Source of the DNA: Eledone cirrhosa
Taxonomy: Eukaryota
Direction: 5' to 3'
Assembly: GCA_964016885.1 (NCBI GenBank)
Contig: OZ024764.1
Span: forward strand, 2,604,001 to 2,668,000
Length of the DNA stretch: 64,000 nucleotides
Part shown: piece by piece, positions 50,845 through 64,000 of the stretch
How positions within the stretch are numbered: position 1 is the first letter of the stretch
How the letters are laid out: every line of letters begins with the position of its first letter
Position numbers and translations under genes: made by a program
The notes under the pieces: generated by a model
What the model was told of the DNA's origin: nothing
What the model saw: only the letters and a program-made list of their open reading frames with translations
The model's database searches: none

Positions 50845-53800
50845 ACTGCAGCTGACTTCTACTGGCATCTCTTGATAACTTCTTCACCCAGCAATCATCA
50901 TCCATATACACCACACACATCACATGTCTATACCAGTGCAGTCTTCTCTCTCTGCCCAGGTCTTCCTCTTCTGCAGCTCCCTTCTACTGGCATCTCTTGA
51001 TAACTTCTTCACCCAGCAATCATCATCCATATACACCACACACATCACATGTCTATACCAGTGCAGTCTTCTCTCTCTGCCCAGGTCTTCCTCTTCTGCA
51101 GCTCCCTTCTACTGGCATCTCTTGATAACTTCTTCACCCAGCAATCATCATCCATATACATCACACACATCACATGTCTATACCAGTGCAGTCTTCTCTC
51201 TCTGCCCAGGTCTTCTTCTACTGCAGCTGATTTCTACTGGCATCTCTTGATAACTTCTTCACCCAGCAATCATCATCCATATACACCACACACATCACAT
51301 GTCTATACCAGTGCAGTCTTCTCTCTCTGCCCAGGTCTTCCTCTTCTGCAGCTCCCTTCTACTGGCAAGTCTTGATAACTTCTTCACCCAGCAATCATCA
51401 TCCATATACATCACACACATCACATGTCTATACCAGTGCAGTCTTCTCTCTCTGCCCAGGTCTTCCTCTTCTGCAGCTCCCTTCTACTGGCATCTCTTGA
51501 TAACTTCTTCACCCAGCAATCATCATCCATATACATCACACACATCACATGTCTATACCAGTGCAGTCTTCTCTCTCTGCCCAGGTCTTCTTCTACTGCA
51601 GCTGATTTCTACTGGCATCTCTTGATAACTTCTTCACCCAGCAATCATCATCCATATACACCACACACATCACATGTCTATACCAGTGCAGTCTTCTCTC
51701 TCTGCCCAGGTCTTCCTCTTCTGCAGCTCCCTTCTACTGGCAAGTCTTGATAACTTCTTCACCCAGCAATCATCATCCATATACATCACACACATCACAT
51801 GTCTATACCAGTGCAGTCTTCTCTCTCTGCCCAGGTCTTCCTCTTCTGCAGCTCCCTTCTACTGGCAAGTCTTGATAACTTCTTCACCCAGCAATCATCA
51901 TCCATATACACCACACACATCACATGTCTATACCAGTGCAGTCTTCTCTCTCTGCCCAGGTCTTCCTCTTCTGCAGCTCCCTTCTACTGGCAAGTCTTGA
52001 TAACTTCTTCACCCAGCAATCATCATCCATATACACCACACACATCACATGTCTATACCAGTGCAGTCTTCTCTCTCTGCCCAGGTCTTCCTCTTCTGCA
52101 GCTGACTTCTACTGGCAAGTCTTGATATCTTCTTCACCCAGCAATCATCATCCATATACACCACACACATCACATGTCTATACCAGTGCAGTCTTCTCTC
52201 TCTGCCCAGGTCTTCCTCTACTGCAGCTGACTTCTACTGGCAAGTCTTGATAACTTCTTCACCCAGCAATCATCATCCATATACACCACACACATCACAT
52301 GTCTATACCAGTGCAGTCTTCTCTCTCTGCCCAGGTCTTCCTCTACTGCAGCTGACTTCTACTGGCAAGTCTTGATAACTTCTTCACCCAGCAATCATCA
52401 TCCATATACACCACACACATCACATGTCTATACCAGTGCAGTCTTCTCTCTCTGCCCAGGTCTTCCTCTACTGCAGCTGACTTCTACTGGCATCTCTTGA
52501 TAACTTCTTCACCCAGCAATCATCATCCATATACATCACACACATCACATGTCTATACCAGTGCAGTCTTCTCTCTCTGCCCAGGTCTTCCTCTACTGCA
52601 GCTCCCTTCTACTGGCAAGTCTTGATAACTTCTTCACCCAGCAATCATCATCCATATACACCACACACATCACATGTCTATACCAGTGCAGTCTTCTCTC
52701 TCTGCCCAGGTCTTCCTCTACTGCAGCTGACTTCTACTGGCAAGTCTTGATATCTTCTTCACCCAGCAATCATCATCCATATACATCACACACATCACAT
52801 GTCTATACCAGTGCAGTCTTCTCTCTCTGCCCAGGTCTTCCTCTACTGCAGCTGACTTCTACTGGCAAGTCTTGATAACTTCTTCACCCAGCAATCATCA
52901 TCCATATACACCACACACATCACATGTCTATACCAGTGCAGTCTTCTCTCTCTGCCCAGGTCTTCCTCTACTGCAGCTCCCTTCTACTGGCAAGTCTTGA
53001 TAACTTCTTCACCCAGCAATCATCATCCATATACACCACACACATCACATGTCTATACCAGTGCAGTCTTCTCTCTCTGCCCAGGTCTTCCTCTACTGCA
53101 GCTGACTTCTACTGGCAAGTCTTGATATCTTCTTCACCCAGCAATCATCATCCATATACATCACACACATCACATGTCTATACCAGTGCAGTCTTCTCTC
53201 TCTGCCCAGGTCTTCCTCTTCTGCAGCTCCCTTCTACTGGCAAGTCTTGATAACTTCTTCACCCAGCAATCATCATCCATATACACCACACACATCACAT
53301 GTCTATACCAGTGCAGTCTTCTCTCTCTGCCCAGGTCTTCCTCTACTGCAGCTGACTTCTACTGGCATCTCTTGATAACTTCTTCACCCAGCAATCATCA
53401 TCCATATACATCACACACATCACATGTCTATACCAGTGCAGTCTTCTCTCTCTGCCCAGGTCTTCCTCTACTGCAGCTGACTTCTACTGGCATCTCTTGA
53501 TAACTTCTTCACCCAGCAATCATCATCCATATACACCACACACATCACATGTCTATACCAGTGCAGTCTTCTCTCTCTGCCCAGGTCTTCCTCTACTGCA
53601 GCTGACTTCTACTGGCATCTCTTGATAACTTCTTCACCCAGCAATCATCATCCAAATACACCACACACATCACATGTCTATACCAGTGCAGTCTTCTCTC
53701 TCTGCCCAGGTCTTCCTCTTCTGCAGCTCCCTTCTACTGGCAAGTCTTGATAACTTCTTCACCCAGCAATCATCATCCATATACATCACACACATCACAT

Positions 53801-56800
53801 GTCTATACCAGTGCAGTCTTCTCTCTCTGCCCAGGTCTTCCTCTACTGCAGCTGACTTCTACTGGCAAGTCTTGATATCTTCTTCACCCAGCAATCATCA
53901 TCCATATACACCACACACATCACATGTCTATACCAGTGCAGTCTTCTCTCTCTGCCCAGGTCTTCCTCTTCTGCAGCTCCCTTCTACTGGCAAGTCTTGA
54001 TAACTTCTTCACCCAGCAATCATCATCCATATACATCACACACATCACATGTCTATACCAGTGCAGTCTTCTCTCTCTGCCCAGGTCTTCCTCTTCTGCA
54101 GCTCCCTTCTACTGGCAAGTCTTGATATCTTCTTCACCCAGCAATCATCATCCATATACACCACACACATCACATGTCTATACCAGTGCAGTCTTCTCTC
54201 TCTGCCCAGGTCTTCCTCTACTGCAGCTGACTTCTACTGGCAAGTCTTGATAACTTCTTCACCCAGCAATCATCATCCATATACACCACACACATCACAT
54301 GTCTATACCAGTGCAGTCTTCTCTCTCTGCCCAGGTCTTCCTCTACTGCAGCTGACTTCTACTGGCAAGTCTTGATATCTTCTTCACCCAGCAATCATCA
54401 TCCATATACACCACACACATCACATGTCTATACCAGTGCAGTCTTCTCTCTCTGCCCAGGTCTTCCTCTACTGCAGCTGACTTCTACTGGCAAGTCTTGA
54501 TAACTTCTTCACCCAGCAATCATCATCCATATACATCACACACATCACATGTCTATACCAGTGCAGTCTTCTCTCTCTGCCCAGGTCTTCCTCTTCTGCA
54601 GCTCCCTTCTACTGGCAAGTCTTGATAACTTCTTCACCCAGCAATCATCATCCATATACATCACACACATCACATGTCTATACCAGTGCAGTCTTCTCTC
54701 TCTGCCCAGGTCTTCCTCTTCTGCAGCTCCCTTCTACTGGCAAGTCTTGATATCTTCTTCACCCAGCAATCATCATCCATATACACCACACACATCACAT
54801 GTCTATACCAGTGCAGTCTTCTCTCTCTGCCCAGGTCTTCCTCTACTGCAGCTGACTTCTACTGGCAAGTCTTGATAACTTCTTCACCCAGCAATCATCA
54901 TCCATATACACCACACACATCACATGTCTATACCAGTGCAGTCTTCTCTCTCTGCCCAGGTCTTCCTCTACTGCAGCTGACTTCTACTGGCAAGTCTTGA
55001 TAACTTCTTCACCCAGCAATCATCATCCATATACACCACACACATCACATGTCTATACCAGTGCAGTCTTCTCTCTCTGCCCAGGTCTTCCTCTACTGCA
55101 GCTGACTTCTACTGGCAAGTCTTGATAACTTCTTCACCCAGCAATCATCATCCATATACACCACACACATCACATGTCTATACCAGTGCAGTCTTCTCTC
55201 TCTGCCCAGGTCTTCCTCTACTGCAGCTGACTTCTACTGGCAAGTCTTGATAACTTCTTCACCCAGCAATCATCATCCATATACACCACACACATCACAT
55301 GTCTATACCAGTGCAGTCTTCTCTCTCTGCCCAGGTCTTCCTCTTCTGCAGCTGACTTCTACTGGCAAGTCTTGATAACTTCTTCACCCAGCAATCATCA
55401 TCCATATACACCACACACATCACATGTCTATACCAGTGCAGTCTTCTCTCTCTGCCCAGGTCTTCCTCTTCTGCAGCTGACTTCTACTGGCAAGTCTTGA
55501 TATCTTCTTCACCCAGCAATCATCATCCATATACACCACACACATCACATGTCTATACCAGTGCAGTCTTCTCTCTCTGCCCAGGTCTTCCTCTACTGCA
55601 GCTGACTTCTACTGGCAAGTCTTGATAACTTCTTCACCCAGCAATCATCATCCATATACACCACACACATCACATGTCTATACCAGTGCAGTCTTCTCTC
55701 TCTGCCCAGGTCTTCCTCTACTGCAGCTGACTTCTACTGGCAAGTCTTGATATCTTCTTCACCCAGCAATCATCATCCATATACACCACACACATCACAT
55801 GTCTATACCAGTGCAGTCTTCTCTCTCTGCCCAGGTCTTCCTCTACTGCAGCTGACTTCTACTGGCAAGTCTTGATAACTTCTTCACCCAGCAATCATCA
55901 TCCATATACATCACACACATCACATGTCTATACCAGTGCAGTCTTCTCTCTCTGCCCAGGTCTTCCTCTACTGCAGCTGACTTCTACTGGCAAGTCTTGA
56001 TATCTTCTTCACCCAGCAATCATCATCCATATACACCACACACATCACATGTCTATACCAGTGCAGTCTTCTCTCTCTGCCCAGGTCTTCCTCTACTGCA
56101 GCTGACTTCTACTGGCAAGTCTTGATAACTTCTTCACCCAGCAATCATCATCCATATACACCACACACATCACATGTCTATACCAGTGCAGTCTTCTCTC
56201 TCTGCCCAGGTCTTCCTCTTCTGCAGCTCCCTTCTACTGGCAAGTCTTGATAACTTCTTCACCCAGCAATCATCATCCATATACATCACACACATCACAT
56301 GTCTATACCAGTGCAGTCTTCTCTCTCTGCCCAGGTCTTCCTCTTCTGCAGCTCCCTTCTACTGGCAAGTCTTGATAACTTCTTCACCCAGCAATCATCA
56401 TCCATATACACCACACACATCACATGTCTATACCAGTGCAGTCTTCTCTCTCTGCCCAGGTCTTCCTCTTCTGCAGCTGACTTCTACTGGCAAGTCTTGA
56501 TATCTTCTTCACCCAGCAATCATCATCCATATACACCACACACATCACATGTCTATACCAGTGCAGTCTTCTCTCTCTGCCCAGGTCTTCCTCTACTGCA
56601 GCTGACTTCTACTGGCAAGTCTTGATAACTTCTTCACCCAGCAATCATCATCCATATACATCACACACATCACATGTCTATACCAGTGCAGTCTTCTCTC
56701 TCTGCCCAGGTCTTCCTCTTCTGCAGCTCCCTTCTACTGGCATCTCTTGATAACTTCTTCACCCAGCAATCATCATCCATATACATCACACACATCACAT

Positions 56801-59800
56801 GTCTATACCAGTGCAGTCTTCTCTCTCTGCCCAGGTCTTCCTCTACTGCAGCTCCCTTCTACTGGCATCTCTTGATAACTTCTTCACCCAGCAATCATCA
56901 TCCATATACACCACACACATCACATGTCTATACCAGTGCAGTCTTCTCTCTCTGCCCAGGTCTTCCTCTACTGCAGCTCCCTTCTACTGGCAAGTCTTGA
57001 TAACTTCTTCACCCAGCAATCATCATCCATATACACCACACACATCACATGTCTATACCAGTGCAGTCTTCTCTCTCTGCCCAGGTCTTCCTCTACTGCA
57101 GCTGACTTCTACTGGCAAGTCTTGATATCTTCTTCACCCAGCAATCATCATCCATATACATCACACACATCACATGTCTATACCAGTGCAGTCTTCTCTC
57201 TCTGCCCAGGTCTTCCTCTACTGCAGCTGACTTCTACTGGCAAGTCTTGATAACTTCTTCACCCAGCAATCATCATCCATATACACCACACACATCACAT
57301 GTCTATACCAGTGCAGTCTTCTCTCTCTGCCCAGGTCTTCCTCTACTGCAGCTGACTTCTACTGGCAAGTCTTGATAACTTCTTCACCCAGCAATCATCA
57401 TCCATATACATCACACACATCACATGTCTATACCAGTGCAGTCTTCTCTCTCTGCCCAGGTCTTCCTCTACTGCAGCTGACTTCTACTGGCAAGTCTTGA
57501 TAACTTCTTCACCCAGCAATCATCATCCATATACATCACACACATCACATGTCTATACCAGTGCAGTCTTCTCTCTCTGCCCAGGTCTTCCTCTACTGCA
57601 GCTGACTTCTACTGGCAAGTCTTGATAACTTCTTCACCCAGCAATCATCATCCATATACATCACACACATCACATGTCTATACCAGTGCAGTCTTCTCTC
57701 TCTGCCCAGGTCTTCCTCTACTGCAGCTGACTTCTACTGGCATCTCTTGATATCTTCTTCACCCAGCAATCATCATCCATATACACCACACACATCACAT
57801 GTCTATACCAGTGCAGTCTTCTCTCTCTGCCCAGGTCTTCCTCTACTGCAGCTGACTTCTACTGGCAAGTCTTGATATCTTCTTCACCCAGCAATCATCA
57901 TCCATATACATCACACACATCACATGTCTATACCAGTGCAGTCTTCTCTCTCTGCTCAGGTCTTCCTCTACTGCAGCTCCCTTCTACTGGCAAGTCTTGA
58001 TAACTTCTTCACCCAGCAATCATCATCCATATACACCACACACATCACATGTCTATACCAGTGCAGTCTTCTCTCTCTGCCCAGGTCTTCCTCTACTGCA
58101 GCTGACTTCTACTGGCAAGTCTTGATAACTTCTTCACCCAGCAATCATCATCCATATACACCACACACATCACATGTCTATACCAGTGCAGTCTTCTCTC
58201 TCTGCCCAGGTCTTCCTCTACTGCAGCTGACTTCTACTGGCAAGTCTTGATAACTTCTTCACCCAGCAATCATCATCCATATACACCACACACATCACAT
58301 GTCTATACCAGTGCAGTCTTCTCTCTCTGCCCAGGTCTTCCTCTACTGCAGCTGACTTCTACTGGCAAGTCTTGATAACTTCTTCACCCAGCAATCATCA
58401 TCCATATACATCACACACATCACATGTCTATACCAGTGCAGTCTTCTCTCTCTGCCCAGGTCTTCTTCTACTGCAGCTGACTTCTACTGGCAAGTCTTGA
58501 TAACTTCTTCACCCAGCAATCATCATCCATATATATCACACACATCACATGTCTATACCAGTGCAGTCTTCTCTCTCTGCCCAGGTCTTCCTCTACTGCA
58601 GCTCCCTTCTACTGGCAAGTCTTGATAACTTCTTCACCCAGCAATCATCATCCATATACACCACACACATCACATGTCTATACCAGTGCAGTCTTCTCTC
58701 TCTGCCCAGGTCTTCCTCTTCTGCAGCTCCCTTCTACTGGCAAGTCTTGATAACTTCTTCACCCAGCAATCATCATCCATATACACCACACACATCACAT
58801 GTCTATACCAGTGCAGTCTTCTCTCTCTGCCCAGGTCTTCCTCTACTGCAGCTGACTTCTACTGGCAAGTCTTGATATCTTCTTCACCCAGCAATCATCA
58901 TCCATATACACCACACACATCACATGTCTATACCAGTGCAGTCTTCTCTCTCTGCCCAGGTCTTCCTCTACTGCAGCTGACTTCTACTGGCAAGTCTTGA
59001 TATCTTCTTCACCCAGCAATCATCATCCATATACACCACACACATCACATGTCTATACCAGTGCAGTCTTCTCTCTCTGCCCAGGTCTTCCTCTTCTGCA
59101 GCTCCCTTCTACTGGCAAGTCTTGATAACTTCTTCACCCAGCAATCATCATCCATATACATCACACACATCACATGTCTATACCAGTGCAGTCTTCTCTC
59201 TCTGCTCAGGTCTTCCTCTACTGCAGCTCCCTTCTACTGGCAAGTCTTGATAACTTCTTCACCCAGCAATCATCATCCATATACACCACACACATCACAT
59301 GTCTATACCAGTGCAGTCTTCTCTCTCTGCCCAGGTCTTCCTCTACTGCAGCTGACTTCTACTGGCAAGTCTTGATAACTTCTTCACCCAGCAATCATCA
59401 TCCATATACACCACACACATCACATGTCTATACCAGTGCAGTCTTCTCTCTCTGCCCAGGTCTTCCTCTTCTGCAGCTGATTTCTACTGGCATCTCTTGA
59501 TAACTTCTTCACCCAGCAATCATCATCCATATACATCACACACATCACATGTCTATACCAGTGCAGTCTTCTCTCTCTGCCCAGGTCTTCCTCTACTGCA
59601 GCTGATTTCTACTGGCATCTCTTGATAACTTCTTCACCCAGCAATCATCATCCATATACATCACACACATCACATGTCTATACCAGTGCAGTCTTCTCTC
59701 TCTGCCCAGGTCTTCCTCTTCTGCAGCTCCCTTCTACTGGCAAGTCTTGATAACTTCTTCACCCAGCAATCATCATCCATATACATCACACACATCACAT

Positions 59801-60105
59801 GTCTATACCAGTGCAGTCTTCTCTCTCTGCCCAGGTCTTCCTCTACTGCAGCTGACTTCTACTGGCATCTCTTGATATCTTCTTCACCCAGTAATCATCA
59901 TCCATATACACCACACACATCACATGTCTATACCAGTGCAGTCTTCTCTCTCTGCCCAGGTCTTCCTCTACTGCAGCTGACTTCTACTGGCATCTCTTGA
60001 TATCTTCTTCACCCAGCAATCATCATCCATATACATCACACACATCACATGTCTATACCAGTGCAGTCTTCTCTCTCTGCCCAGGTCTTCCTCTACTGCA
60101 GCTCC
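50845..60105 (-). repeat. 125-bp satellite (~74 units) derived from an RTE-like LINE ORF2 C-terminus
   Basis: Minus-strand unit GAGAGAAGACTGCACTGGTATAGACATGTGATG...ATGGATGATGATTGCTGGGTGAAGAAG...ATGCCAGTAGAAGG...GAGGAAGACC matches 27825-27931 (ERRL.WY.HVM..MDDD.WVKK..EMPVEG...RGRP). Confidence 0.92.
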
Positions 60106-60170
60106 CTGGTATCTCATGGCACTTCCATCCATACACATCACATGTCTATACCAGCACAGCTTTCCCTCAA

Positions 60171-61234
60171 CCCATTAGCATTTAAACCAACCATATCCGG
60201 CTAGAATTCTCTCACTTCTTTCTGATCAAACCGGCTGTAACTGGCCACTCATACTGATGTTAAGGTATTGTTCTCAAAATAAATAATATCAAAATCTCAA
60301 TGTTATGTGATATATTATGCCTTTACTGTGGAAATACAACAGTATATATAGAGTAATGTAAATGTTATGTGAGATATTATGTGAGGTAAAGCCTTTACTG
60401 TGAAAATACAATAGTATATATAGAGTAATGTAAATGTTATGTGAGATATTATGTGAGGTAAAGCCTTTACTGTGAAAATACAATAGTATATATAGAGTAA
60501 TGTAAATGTTATGTGAGATATTATGTGAGGTAAAGCCTTTACTGTGAAAATACAATAGTATATATAGAGTAATGTAAATGTTATGTGAGATATTATGTGA
60601 GGTAAAGCCTTTACTGTGAAAATACAATAGTATATATAGAGTAATGTAAATATTATGTGAGATATTATGTGAGGTAAAGCCTTTACTGTGACAATACAAT
60701 AGTATATATAGAGTAATGTAAATGTTATGTGAGATATTACGTGAGGTAAAGCCTTTACTGTGAAAATTCAATAGTATATATAGAGTAATGTAAATGTTAT
60801 GTGAGATATTATGTGAGGTAAAGACTTTACTGTGACAATACAATAGTATATATAGAGTAATGTAAATGTTATGTGAGATATTATGTGAGGTAAAGCCTTT
60901 ACTGTGAAAATACAATAGTATATATAGAGTAATGTAAATGTTATGTGAGATATTATGTGAGGTAAAGCCTTTACTGTGAAAATACAATAGTATATATAGA
61001 GTAATGTAAATTTTATGTGAGATATTATGTGAGGTAAAGACTTTACTGTGACAATACAATAGTATATATAGAGTAATGTAAATGTTATGTGAGATATTAT
61101 GTGAGGTAAAGCCTTTACTGTGAAAATACAATAGTATATATAGAGTAATGTAAATGTTATGTGAGGTATTATGTGAGGTAAAGCCCTTACTGTGAAAATA
61201 CAATAGTATATATAGAGTAATGTATGCTAAAGGG
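60171..61234. mobile_element. piggyBac-like MITE with an internal 72-bp segment in ~13 tandem copies (60297-61224)
   Basis: Termini tcaa|CCCATTAGCAT ... ATGCTAAAGGG|ttaa: near-perfect TIR, CCC ends, TTAA-type target site (left copy TCAA). Confidence 0.72.
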
Positions 61235-61467
61235 TTAATCATCCTGAATAAAAAAAATAAAAAAAACGACAAACAATATCAACACCAGTACATTACTGGT
61301 ACTTTATTTTATCTTATTTTATTTTATTTCAACTATGGAAGAAGGTTCGAAAAAAAAATTAGTTGTAGTGAGATTTAAACTCAGAATTAAACACAATTAA
61401 ATACCACAGTTTAATGTAATGTCCAGTGGAGGCAATGATATCTCCCACCTCTCTAGCCCTGCATAAG

Positions 61468-61972
61468 TGTACTTGGTTATACCAATGCCTAGTCACGCTA
61501 TCATGTGGCCTTGTTGAAGTATAAAGCGATGTTCCTTGTAAGGGTGCTTGGCTATTCCAGTGCCTAGTCACACTGTCATGTGGCCTTGCTGAAGTATAAA
61601 GAAATGTTCCTTGTACGGGTACTTGGCTATTCCAGTGCCTAGTCACACTGTCATGTGGCCTTGCTGAAGTATAAAGAAATGTTCCTTGTACGGGTACTTG
61701 GCTATTCCAGTGCCTAGTCACGCTATCATATGCCCTTACTGAAGGACCAGGTGATGCTCCATTTGAGGGTGCTTGGCTATTCCAGTGCCTAGTCACACTA
61801 TCATGTGCCCTTACTGAAGTACCAGATGATTCTCCTGGTGAGATGCTTGGCTATTCCAGTGCCTAGTCACACTATCATGTGCCCTTACTGAAGTATCAAG
61901 TGATACTCCTGTTGAGGGTGCTTGGCTATTCCAGTGCCTCAGTCCTGCTATCACCTGGCCTTGCTGAAGTAT
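61468..61972. repeat. 75-bp minisatellite x~7
   Basis: Unit CTTGGCTATTCCAGTGCCTAGTCACACT.TCATGTG.CCTT.CTGAAGTA...; origin not recognised. Confidence 0.88.
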
Positions 61973-62520
61973 CCTATGTTTAATCAATTTTCCACTTAAA
62001 TTTTTAATTCAGTTCCACTGAAAATATTTCATTTAGTTTTCTCTTATTCAACTTAATCCCTCTTAAATTTCCAATCCAGTTCCTCTCAAATTTCCAGTTA
62101 ATTCCACACAAATGTTGATTCCATTTTTCCTCGGAAACTTTTCTATTCAAATTCCACTCAAAATTTCCAACTCAATTTTTTTTCCATTTAGTTTCAAGTC
62201 TAAATTTCCACCTCAAATATACGAATCCAGAATATTTCAGTCAAAGTTTTTTTTAACTTTTCTATATAACTTTTCTATATAACTTAGTAATTTATAAAGT
62301 TTTTCGTTCCTTTCGGTTTTTTTCAATGTCGACCCAGCAACAAAATTATAGCCTTTTGAAATCAGAGATTCCCTTCAATACTTGTTGTATGTTATATATA
62401 TACTAATAATATATAGTTAGTATATAACCAAAAGTTTATATGGTTCATTGATTTATTCAACGAATTCAATTTTACAATAGATTAGAAGCACTCGACAGAT
62501 ATTTATCTGGCGTATTTAAT

Positions 62521-62793
62521 ATTCAGAATATTAATAAATGAGAAATATTATCATAACCAAAGTATATATTGTATTATATATATTTCAAAGGGACAATGGT
62601 GTTTAAGTACGTTTTCATCCTGCCACTACAGGAATTGAAGATTCAAGTACCTTAGCGGGATGTTGCATATCCAATCTCTCATATATTTTATCTGATGAAA
62701 ACGTACTGAAACCCCATTGTACCTTTGAAATATGTATAATAAAATATATACTTTGGTTATGATAATATTTCTCATTTATTAATATTTTGAATA
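62521..62793. repeat. Inverted repeat, ~97-bp arms around a ~75-bp spacer
   Basis: AATATTAATAAATGAGAAATATTATCATAACCAAAGTATATA...GTACGTTTTCATC versus GATGAAAACGTAC...TATATACTTTGGTTATGATAATATTTCTCATTTATTAATATT. Confidence 0.85.
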
Positions 62794-62805
62794 ATATTAT
62801 AGTTA

Positions 62806-62859
<54 letters not shown>

Positions 62860-63186
62860 AACAAGGGGAGAAGAATACTGCATTGTTGCACATGGATTAC
62901 ATATTATAAAATTAGTCCCTCATCAGTGATTTGCCAACCTTCATATATATAGTTCCCTTGCAAGCAGGGAAAAGCGGACGTAAAATGATGATGATGATGA
63001 TATATACTAACTATATAAATATAGTTAGTATATATATACTAACTATATATAGTTACTATAAATATAGTTAGTATATATATACTATATATATGTGAAGTAA
63101 TTCCGTCGGAAAAGTCCAGGAAAAAAGAGTGCTCTATGTAGGTAACAGAGCTTAATAGTTATGTAATAAACAACATAAGGCAATTA

Positions 63187-63247
63187 TTCCATTTACCAGT
63201 GGTTTCTTAAAAGCAAAAACATTTTGCTTTCAATCATCAGAACGGAA
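63187..63247 (-). ncRNA. Type I hammerhead ribozyme motif
   Basis: Stem I UUCCGUU/AAUGGAA; core CUGAUGA; stem II UUGAAAGCAAAA-ugu-UUUUGCUUUUAA; GAAA; stem III (A)CC-acu-GG(U); cleavage triplet GUA. Confidence 0.68.
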
Positions 63248-64000
63248 AAATCCTGGCGTATTTATTGACTTTGGATTTTAAAAACTATATATATATATAT
63301 ATACTAACTCTATATAGTTACTATATATATATATATTAGCTATATAAATCAGTTGAATGTGTATTTGTTAGCTATAGAGTTCCAAACAGCCTACATTTAT
63401 CAAAGCTTGAGATAGGATCAAATGTAGCAGTATCATGAAATATACTTAGCCAATTTATACCAAATAATATTTCCTAACAGCAGATGGTTGGTGTAATGTT
63501 GGCTTTGTGATCTTTTGGTGTGATGTATGGCTTTCTTTTCTATTTTTATTTTCTTCACAGCAGTCTATTGAGAGCCTCTAGTTAGTATTTAGTGTTTAAT
63601 AAATGACAAACAAAGGAATGATATGGTAACAAACACAAAAGGCCCAGAACTCCTTGAGGAATGTGGTACCATAATTTCCAGGGTCGAAGACGCTAGTTTT
63701 TTCTTAAAATAAGTCTCAAAAATCTACCAAGCATCCTGGAGGCAGAATGTTGTTTATTATTTATTTTCAAATTTTTGGTTGTCAAAATTAGGGTGCGTCC
63801 TTGAGGACGAAGCGTCTTTGGCGCCGGGAAACGTGGTGGTTCTGGTGCCTTAGCCTGGTTATTATGTAGCTTTATGAAAGTATATGGTTTAGTTTTCATT
63901 CAAATTTTCACTCAGATTTCCCCCAAATTTCCAACTCAAAGATCTTTATTTTATTAGCATTTGTGATCTTTATTTGTGATATACGATCTTCTCTTCTTTT

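Noticed and set aside
50924-60000. Dozens of 108-aa ORFs suggesting a tandem gene family
   Set aside because: They read the antisense of a LINE-derived 125-bp unit through rotating frames.
7440-60105. CRISPR-like appearance of regular arrays
   Set aside because: Units are head-to-tail with no unique spacers, there are no cas genes, and the context is eukaryotic.
60289-61272. 327-aa hydrophobic repeat ORF
   Set aside because: 72-bp array inside a MITE; no convincing start or splice context.
63693-64000. 68-aa ORF and a possible terminal exon of a neighbouring minus-strand gene
   Set aside because: No recognisable domain; truncated by the window edge; cannot be supported.

Overview
Eukaryotic, repeat-dominated genomic DNA. 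The SINE/LINE/MITE fragments resemble families I recall from Octopus, so a coleoid cephalopod is inferred, not verified. Roughly 70% of the window is tandem arrays. The left half carries the 5' part of a spliced minus-strand gene whose exons join in consistent phase (24265-23386, 21348-21136, 17531-17422, optional 13628-13590, 11611-10994, 7360-7309). It encodes a Q-rich coiled coil and a DDERPI motif, most consistent with CENPJ/CPAP/SAS-4, and continues beyond position 1. The main pattern is that most arrays are internal segments of recognisable transposon copies (SINE, RTE LINE, CR1-like LINE, CRE-like element, piggyBac-like MITE), amplified in place with the rest of the element still on the flanks. 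One array amplifies the gene's own 5' splice site into about 33 back-to-back GT...AG units. A well-formed type I hammerhead ribozyme motif (63187-63247, minus) and several degenerate ones are also present. All family assignments come from visual motif recognition; no database search was run.
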